Source of the DNA: Rhizaria sp. SCN 62-66
Lineage: Eukaryota
Direction: 5' to 3'
Length of the DNA stretch: 64,000 nt
Assembly (NCBI GenBank): GCA_001724265.1
Contig: MEDY01000046.1
Span: 1-64,000 of the forward strand
Shown: piece by piece, positions 39,001-47,900 of the stretch
How the letters are laid out: every line of letters starts with the position of its first letter
Position numbering within the stretch: the stretch's first letter is position 1
Program-made: the position numbers and the translations under genes
Notes under the pieces: model-generated
Told to the model about the DNA's origin: nothing
Database searches by the model: none
Seen by the model: only the letters and a program-made list of their open reading frames with translations

Positions 39001-39684
39001 GCCGCGGCCGCGTCGGCGTCGGGCCCTGCGGCGGCAGCGGCGGCGGCGCGCGCGGCGGCCGCGGCCTTGGCCTGCGCAAGCGCGTGGCGCGCGGTGATGA
39101 TGCGGAGACGCGCCTCGAGGGCGTCAGCGAATAAGAAACCGGTTTGCTTCTCCTCAACGCGCACGACGCCGCGCAGCAGGGTCGCCTGCGTCGGCAGTGC
39201 AAGAGGAACCTTTGCGTGGCAGAGCGACGAACGAGTTGAAGTAAAAAATGTGTGATCAAGTGAGTATAGCTTCTCGTGACAAAGAGAGATCGAGCTGAAT
39301 TAAGCGTGGGTTAAGCGTGTGCGTACCTTAGGGTTGCCAATGCTGTGGCACATAAGAACAAGATCATAGCGGGAGAGCTGTGCCTTAGTCATGCGGCGCA
39401 GGCCGACAGTGCCTGCAAGCCAAAGCTTGGCCAGTTCACTGTTCTTCCGACCAAAGATCTAAAGATGACACGGTATTGGAGCAAAATCATCAGGGATTTC
39501 ATTTAGTGCGTATACATTGAAATCATATATCAGTCGGTTAATACGTTAATATGTCGGATTCCAAGTGAAATAGACTTGAATGTCGTGCGACAAGAAATTT
39601 ACTGCCGTCCCACAAGGCGCAAGTGTAGAATGACAGCGATATAGACAGGATGATCGACAAACGTACGTCAAAAGAATAGAACAT
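36018..39684 (-). CDS. Rad21/Rec8-family cohesin alpha-kleisin; exons 39684-39667, 39458-39327, 39209-38667, 38509-38123, 37964-36018
   Basis: Spliced N-terminus MFYSFD-IFGRKNSELAKLWLAGT..VPLALPTQATLLRGVVRVEEKQTGFLFADA is the Rad21/Rec8 N-terminal domain. C-terminal winged helix: VAVSFVQLLALRAMGFVSVQQTSAFAPIFI. Four phase-0 introns. Stop TGA. Confidence 0.85.
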
Positions 39685-39978
39685 AATTTAAAACAACCAG
39701 TTGTTGTATACACGCAAAATCTGGTCTTGATTTGAGCAGTATGAAAGCAAAGAATCGTTGTTTAAAGAAAGTTTATCTATTGGCCACACTGGGCGCGCAC
39801 AGTCCCTCTTTTTAACCACGAATTGGTTTTCAAGTTGCAACCAGACACTAGAACTCGGTATTTTTCTTAGACGTTGCCTGTACGCAGTATATTCAAATGT
39901 TGCCGCAATATATGTCAGAGTCTGAACATGTTTAATCGAGGCAAGTCATCTCCGTGATCGCCGTGACTATGTTTCCTC

Positions 39979-41025
39979 TCAGCCCTTGTTTTCCGCAAAC
40001 GCCACAGGCGTCACGCCTCCCTGTTCCGCACTTGCGCCACCAGCACCGTTCGCAATGAGCCCCGCAACCCCGCGCGGGCCCGCGCCGTTCCTGCGCGAGC
40101 GCACGCGCCTAAGCTCGTCGAGAATCACGCTCGAACAGTCGTACATCTGGTCCAGGTACCTATGACATGCGCGCGCCCCCTCGGCGAGTCGCGACGTCGA
40201 GGGATCGAACAGCACCGGCGTGACGCACTGGCCGACCTGGTGCACCAGCTGGACGCGGCCCGTCCCGCCCTGTGCGCACGTCACATACTCGAAGTTGAGC
40301 TGCAGCGAGCACAGCCGCTCGCGCACTCCGCGCGACTCAGCACAGCCTTCGTACGCGTACAGCCGCAGAGCGCGGCGGTTGTACAGACTCGGTTGCGCGT
40401 AAAGCCCGTACGGCGAGAAGCCGCGGAGCAGGCAAACAAGCTTGGCCGTGGTGCGCGTGCCGCCGGCGCCCGCGAGCGGCGGGCCCATGTTGCGGTGCGC
40501 TCCCTTGCGCGCGTAGGTCGTGTACAGATACAGTAAGATCTCGTCCGTGTCACCCTGCAGCACGATGTTGGTGTTGGGGTCCTCCAGCAGCGGCAGCGCG
40601 TCGGAGCCGGTCGGGGAGCGCGCAATGAGGTCGCCGCGGAAGCGCGCGTCGACTGGCATGGTGAGGAGCGCGCGCGCGGGCGCGATGAGAGGCAGAGGGA
40701 AGACAGACACGGCGATGTCGAGCACGCAGAGGCACTCGCGCACGGGGATGCACGCCGCGTCAAGCTCGCGGTCAAAGAGGATCAGCGGGCGCAGCGGGCG
40801 CTTGCGGACGTCAGCGACGAACGAGCCCGAGAGCAGGCGCACCAGGCACGCGAGGTACGCGGTCGAGGGCGCGACTGCGGCGGCGAAGAGGGTGACGGCG
40901 ACGACGATGGCGAAGTCGCTCCAGTCTGACAGGCCGAAGATGGCGGCGTAGACAAGCGCGATGGGGATCGTGAACTTGGCCAGGGTGAGCGTGTGATCAG
41001 CCATCTCGTTGCGCTCGGAGGTCAT
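39979..41025 (-). CDS. Protein with two tandem GST-N/glutaredoxin-like thioredoxin-fold domains and an N-terminal hydrophobic (TM-like) region
   Basis: Repeat 1: PLILFDRELDAACIPVRECLCVLD..PLLEDPNTNIVL..ILLYLYTTY. Repeat 2: LRLYAYEGCAESRGVRERLCSLQL..PVLFDPST..YLDQMY. May have an upstream exon. Stop TGA. Confidence 0.7.
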   Translation of the reverse strand: MTSERNEMADHTLTLAKFTIPIALVYAAIFGLSDWSDFAIVVAVTLFAAAVAPSTAYLACLVRLLSGSFVADVRKRPLRPLILFDRELDAACIPVRECLCVLDIAVSVFPLPLIAPARALLTMPVDARFRGDLIARSPTGSDALPLLEDPNTNIVLQGDTDEILLYLYTTYARKGAHRNMGPPLAGAGGTRTTAKLVCLLRGFSPYGLYAQPSLYNRRALRLYAYEGCAESRGVRERLCSLQLNFEYVTCAQGGTGRVQLVHQVGQCVTPVLFDPSTSRLAEGARACHRYLDQMYDCSSVILDELRRVRSRRNGAGPRGVAGLIANGAGGASAEQGGVTPVAFAENKG

Positions 41026-41421
41026 GGGGACGGGGCAGCGAGCGGGCTCACACGTGACAGACGCGGCCGGCGGGGAGACCGTTCGGGGGGAACGCTAAGC
41101 ACTATGAAAACAATGTAGAAGGTTTGTGCAAAGAGTCTTGACTACAGACAGTTGAATAGATATTAGCGGAGATGTGAGCAGGACTCGGTTGTCAAAGACT
41201 ATCCAGGACAGCAACCATAATAAGACGCCGCCTCCAGAGCGACGTTTCCAACTGCTAGGTGCACTCCAGACCAAGCTGTCATGCCGCTTCAAAACATTAT
41301 TTCAGAGATGCAATAAACAGAATATATCATTATTGCATCAGTGTGCATTATGACAATTTGATGGAACCACTGACGATCAAATCCTTGCACACTCTACTTT
41401 TTCTCGTTCAGATTCGGTGAC

Positions 41422-44013
41422 ATGCTGTGTGCGACCCATAAGGCCGCAGTTGCAGTACACCGCGTAACGCCTGCTGCTCGGCGCATAACACCTAGCTCGC
41501 TAACATCCCTCCATCGCGCGTCGGCGCCAGCGTCTTTGTCCAATAATTCCCGTCGTTAGACTGGACGCTCGTTTGATCTTGCATCGGTTGATGTGAGCGC
41601 ACTCTTCGCGTCCCCACCCAACGCAGGCTCCGTGCTCGCCACAGCCGTGGCGCTGCGCGACGGAGCCCGTTCAGTTGGATTTCTTTACATCAGCAACTCC
41701 CCGCTTACTGCGCACATCCCGCGTATTCATGCAGCGTCAGAGTGGTTCTTCGCGCTTCCCGACGCCGCGAAGGCTGCCGTACGCACTGACAACGCGCAAC
41801 GCGGCTACCACCGCTTCCAGGGCGCGCCGCACTCAATCTCCGCCGCTCACCCTGACTCTGGCGCAGACAGCGCTGCGGTCCCCACTCCACTTGCGGGCGC
41901 GACGCAGGATGGGATTGAGGCGTTCACGGTCGCGAACGACACAGCGCGCGTCGATGAGCTCCGCGAAGGGTACGACCAGCTCGCACTGCTGTCGCCGCCG
42001 CGCCTCGCGGCGGCGGCCGCGGCAGACGCGCGCGACCCTCAGCCACCGGCTGTGCTAGCGCGCGCAATTGCCGGCCCCGCGCAGAGTGTCGCGCGCGCAG
42101 CGAGCGCTGGCTTCGGCATTGCAGCGCCACTGTCCTCAACGGGAATGGCAACGCCGCTGCAGGGAATCGCAGCACCTCTCTCCGCTCCGATCACTGCGCC
42201 GCTATCGACGCCGTCTGCCTTTTTGCATGCGGGATTCTCTGCGCCGATCTCTGCACCGGCAGCGTTTCCTGTATTGAGCGACGCCGCGCGTCATCAACGC
42301 ACACGTGCTGCGGCGAGTGCGGGCAGCGAATCTTCTCTCAGTGAGTCGACTGTCACCTCTGCCGCCGCTGCGCCTGCCAGGACAGTGGCGACCTCAGGCC
42401 GCCTTGCTGACTTGTGCGACGAGGATGACGACGAGGCTGATGCGGGGGGTGATAGCGGCGTTGCCGTGCCGCTGGCAACGCTGTGGCGGTCCCAGCACGC
42501 AGCGGCGGGTCTGCCCTTCGCTCCGTCCGTCTCCGGCGGCGCTGCACAGTCGCTCGCGCACTCACCTGCTTAGACGCGGAGCCCGATGCCTGTGGCCTGC
42601 AGCGGGCTGCCGTTCGGTGTTCTCGCGCCGCTCTCTGCATCGACGGTCACTCTGAGTCAAGCTGCTTCACCGCCCGATCACAGTCAGCGCGTCCCAACTG
42701 TAAATGCGACAGGAGTCTCGCGTGGAGGCAACAGGTGGCCACGCGCCAGTCCCGCACCGCCCGCCCTGGCTATTCCTGCGCTCAGCACCACAGAGAAACA
42801 ACCCGAAGACGTCTGCAACAGCGACAAAAGCGACAGTACAAATACAGGAAGCACCACGGCTGCGTCTGTGACACAGACTGGGGATGCTGCTGCTGTTTTC
42901 CGCAGAGTGCTAACGGAGTATTACGACGCGTGCGCTGATACAGGCGACGTGCTTTCAGCGGCGCTTGCGTTCTCTCTTTCTCTGCCGCCTCGCACTGCGA
43001 CTCCGAACACCGCCACCGCTGCCATGGTCACGGATGCCGCCGCGGCAGTGGCGCCATTGATGCGCTTTCTGGGACGTCGTGGCTGCTCCAACGCTAAGGA
43101 TCTTGCGGCAGGAAACATGGGCGATCGCCCGTGGGACCGCGCTTGGGAGCGCGTGCCGCTTGCGCACAGCCGCCGCGCACACACTCTGGAGCTCAAACGT
43201 TACCCCGATCCTGCGCGCACGCGTATGGGGGCTGCAGCCCACGCCGCGTTGCCCACAGCCGCGGGACGCAACGCAGGTGCTGCCAGCGCAGAATATGCAC
43301 TTGCTCCGCTTGACTCGGACAGCGACGACTGTTCGAATCCTCGCTCTCACAACGTTATCAGTGGCAGTCAGGCTGTTGGCGCGGGCCCCGTGGCGCTGCG
43401 CATGCCGGTTCACTCAGACTTATCGACGCTTACGTTTTTGCTCCAGTCACACGACCAGGGCGGACTCCTTGTGTGCGACGCTGGAATTGGTACGAAATCA
43501 TAGAATAATGTGCATGCAGTCTGAATCAATTGTACACCCCCGTAATCCACACTACCTTTTAAATCAATGTGACACTTATCTCCTGTCCCACGACTACTTG
43601 TCTGTTCAACGCTTGTAGACCAGTGGCTTCGCGTGCCGCAACGCGCAGGCCACGTGCTAGTGAACACTGGGGATTTTTTCCGTTCCTGGTCGCGAGGGCT
43701 GCTGCCATCAACGTTGCATTGTGTCGCCTCAGTCCGTTCAAACTCCGACATCCCTAGCAGTTAGATTGACAACACCACAAGTGCGGTTTCTGGTGCAAAT
43801 AGTGTCTTCCGTGAGCGACTTAGCACGGTCTTCTTCTATCAGCCCGACATGGACGCAATTGTCGCTCCGCTGCCCGAGGCTAGCTTCCACCCCGCCAACC
43901 TCTCAATGACAAATGGCCACTGCGGCGGCGATATCGTCAGTGGGGTGGCGGCAAAAGCCCGGAAGCTCGAGGAAGTGTTTTTAGCTGGAGATCGTTATCC
44001 GTTTGTTGAATAA
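41422..44013 (+). CDS. 2-oxoglutarate/Fe(II)-dependent dioxygenase (IPNS-like) with Ala-rich insertions; three in-frame TAGs (41557, 42571, 43762); intron 43490-43618
   Basis: DIOX_N-like region (SVDVS..VGFLYISN..FFALPDAAK..RGY). HxD in PVHSDLSTLTFLLQ, GGLLV, then after splicing QWLRVP..VLVNTGD..STLHCV..RLSTVFFYQPD (distal His and RxS). Stop TAA 44011-44013. Confidence 0.85.
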
Positions 44014-44911
44014 TGCGCAGCGACTTTCTTCTGCGTCAGGTAAAATGCGAAACACTTCCGTGATCCTGAATGACCTAAACTAGTTCTGAGTGCCCCCTGT
44101 TTTTAACTGTATACTGCATATTTTGTGCGAAACTTGGTACATTTATTAATAAAAGTGAATTAACATAACAAATGGGCACATTTATGATATATTCCAGAAA
44201 TATATTGAATGTATTGCGTTGTTTTGCACTTGCGTTCGAAATGGGTCTTCGGGGTAGTAAGTGTTAACATCGGGAGATTACGTATTAAGTCGATAGGAAT
44301 ATTGCATTGGATGCATGAACGAACAGCTGATTTGGGGGGGAACATAAAAAAATATAATTTAATGAATTTAGGCAACGCATTCACTTGCTAATGCAAGATG
44401 AACGAAAGAGGTGCATGTTAGCACCGGGTGTCAGTTGTGTTGTTTGGGTACGGATGTCGGTTTCTCTTCTTAGAAACTGACATTACGCTTAAATTGAGCC
44501 TCAAGCTCAATGTCAAAAGTGTTATATCATTATGATACAGTTTTTATACACTCTGCCAGTATGCAAAGTGGAGACTGCATGTTTACTGTGCTGGGAGTCG
44601 CCGATGCGATGCTCCACAGTCAAACGCGCCAATACAATCGTTTCCGACATCGCGAGTTAAGAGTCAAAACTATTGATCAGTCACATTTGTGATCTCAATC
44701 AAGTTGTGTGAATACACGAAAACACATTTGTTTCTCGTAGCTGCAGCGTGTGTAGAACAGCAACTGCAGGCTTAGTTGTAGGTGATGAGTATTATAGCCA
44801 ACACAAAAACGAAACTATCGTTTGGCGTTGGGCGAGCGACAAGCCACAAAGTCTGTGCAAATTTCAGCCTGTGCATTTGTGAAGTAAGCTCAAATAGTGT
44901 CACCATGCCGT

Positions 44912-47900
44912 TTACTTGTAGCGCCTGACAATAGGGCGGAGCTTGCTCGAAAGCTTTGCATCCTCGGCCTTGAGTAAGTAACGCTTGACGAACTCTTCCT
45001 CTTTCATGAACTCTGTCTCCTTGGCGGGGATCTTGATCGCATCTTCGGCCACAAAGACGGCAACCTTGCGGCGCACATCCTCCAGAGCGGCATCAAGCAA
45101 GGCGAATACGCGTGTCCTGCGACGCTTGAACCGAAGCTCTGCCATGAAGGCATCGGAGATGTAGTAGCACTTCTCGCGGTTCTCGTTGCACGCAAGCACG
45201 TGAGCGTGCGAATCACCAGGAGTGTGGAATTTCATACACACACCGCAGAAGTCGTGCTTGCAGCTACCGCAGCGCACGGCGGCGCAGTTGGTCCAGTCAT
45301 ACACGATGACCTGACACTCAGGGTTCGGGCACTTGTCCTGCTGCGCGTCGCGAATCGCCGCCAAGAGCACAGCATTGCTCTCCTCCACGTCAGCGCTGTC
45401 GGCAGCGCTACCACCAACATTTTGAGTAATGTTACAAGTCTTGCAGGAGAACACCTTGGCGCCACCAGCTATATTGAATCAAGAATCAAGATTCGGAGGA
45501 ACAAGAAGTGATTGGTGAGAGGATAGGATTGTCAAATATCTCTGATGAGCTAGACATGTAAATAGGGTTCTTTCGGTATGGTCTCATTGATAAAAATAAA
45601 ATTACATCCAATCATGTAAACAACGTACCCGCAGGAGCCAGAGCATTTGCGCGCTGGATTTCAGGGCAAGTGTTTGTGGGGCACTTGACAAATGCGTCCT
45701 TATTCTTGAGCAGGTATTTGTCGCGCGCCCACCGGAGCATCGCCTCAAACTCACCGGGGCCAAATGCGGCAATGGGGATGTCGCGCAGCGGCAGCTTTGC
45801 CTTGCATCCTGCGGCGCAGCAGTTGCACCCATTCTGCTTTAGCTGGTTGACAACATGTGGGAGGCAGTCGTGACACGCGACGTGATTGCACACACTTGAG
45901 GCCATGCCCAAATTCTGACGCAACACTTCGTCGCCGCAGTAAGTCAAACACTCATTTCCAGTCAGCGCATCAGTCTTTTGGGTCGTGTCGAGCATGTCAC
46001 GCGACTCGAGGGCCTCCTTCAGATTGGAGACGTTTGTGTTGGAGCCTGACACAAGATAAATGTCGTTTCGTGAGGCATTTTGCGTTTTTCCAGAGTAGAT
46101 ACTCTCGACCTTGCTCTTCTTTAGCAGCTGCTCAACATCACTCGCTTTGGCAGTGCTTTTAATCTCAATTCGGTTGTCAACCCACGCAAAGTCGGCGAAC
46201 TTTGTGACTAGTTCTTGAAGCTTAGCCCGCATTGCGTTGCAGCATGCTGCACTGCCATACATGTCGATCGAGTTTGCTTTGTGATTAATCTCAGCCCACA
46301 CAGGTAACTTTGACTTGAACTTTACTTGCGCTCCGTGTTTACCCTTATCGGCATCTTTGTCTTTGTTGATCTTCTCCGTAGTTTTCTTGCTGCGAAATTC
46401 CGTAAACAGCCCGCCAAGCTGACGTGTACCGTTTGCACCGGTGAGGCGTGAAAAGACGTCGATTAGCGCGCCCGTATCTCGCTTGACTGACTCGACACGG
46501 TGAGACACAAAGACAAACTCGTTCTTCATGTACTTCTCAGCAGCTTCAATGGCGGAGTCATCACCTGCCACAATGATGGTGTACTTAGAGGAGTTCTTCT
46601 TGTTGCCGTTCCTGCTGTTAACATCAACAGTGGGTAGAATCTTGCATTCCGCGCCCTTGGTGACAGCAGCCAGCTCTTCCATGACCTCATCACCCATTGA
46701 GGTACCCACCTCAGCAGGTAGCACAATCATCAGAAGCGGGCACATCCGCTGCTGAAGACTGCGGCCAAAGTGATTGGTATCGAACATACTCCCCGCGGGA
46801 AACTGTCCATCAATGTAGGCGTACTGACGAGGGTTGTTGCCCTTACGCTCCACAGCCACTGCAACCTTTTCAACAGAGTCATGTGCAAACGCGGGCGGCA
46901 GCTCGAGACCACCGGCCGCGGTGGCAATCCAGCTCGCCTCGCAGATCTGATCCCTGCGAATAATTTCGATGCCACATGCAGCCTCTGCAATTGCCACAGT
47001 ACCAGCCGCAGACTGAGAGTAAGCAACTGTGCAGCCTAAGCGGCGCAGCACTGAGTGGTTGTGCAGCACATAATACAAAAGCGCTGCATCTCCCCTCGAG
47101 GCGCAGGTTAGTGTCGCTGTAGTGCGATCGGGGTTGTTTTCGTCGCGCTCAAACGTAATGGTGGGAACCTTACTGTCGTAGTTGTCGGGAATAAAGAAAT
47201 CGCGGAACACCTCTTCGTCATCGTACTCGTCAGGGGTGTTTGCAGGGATGTTGGACACTGCCACCAAGGCAGTTTCATTGTCGCACAGAAGATCGAGCAC
47301 TTCGAGACCGGCACCACAAAGCAGAGCGACGTTGCCCCCGACGTCCATCTGACGCACTTCGACAAGCTTGCGTCCGTGCACCGCTTGGCGAAGCTTGTAA
47401 AACGCGAGAAATGCCAGATCGGCGTTGTTTTTGGGTGCACGAACCATGACACCAGATGCGTCGATCACAACCGTGCAGTCGTGCTTCTTCTCGAAACGTT
47501 CGCGTGCCGCCGGAGTCGGGAACAATGCGTCTGACTCGCCAAGGTTAAGCGTGTAGAACTTGCTTTCTGTTGCTGTCTGATGAGCCAAGGCATGACACTT
47601 CTTGTAGAAGTTTGGACTATATTTTACAATCCAGTCCAGCTCAATGGGCACCGGCGGGGTTGTGACAATGCACTGACCGTGAGAAGCGTGCGCGGACACA
47701 TACACAGCCCACTGGCTCAACCCGCGAATCTCAGCGGGAGACTGACGGCGCCAGTTAATCAACGTCTTGCCACTGCTTGCGCTCGTGTAGTACGCATGGT
47801 TGTTGTTGGTTAACCCCGCGTCGTCGTTGAGCTTGCGGATGGCGTGAGTAAAGTACCCTGCTGCAACGCACTTGAATACATCTTCATCGCGAATGTTATT

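Noticed and set aside
44014-44911. Short ORFs in AT-rich spacers (also 4955-5227, 19040-19446, 27577-27768, 33167-33652)
   Set aside because: Intergenic/UTR composition and no motifs.
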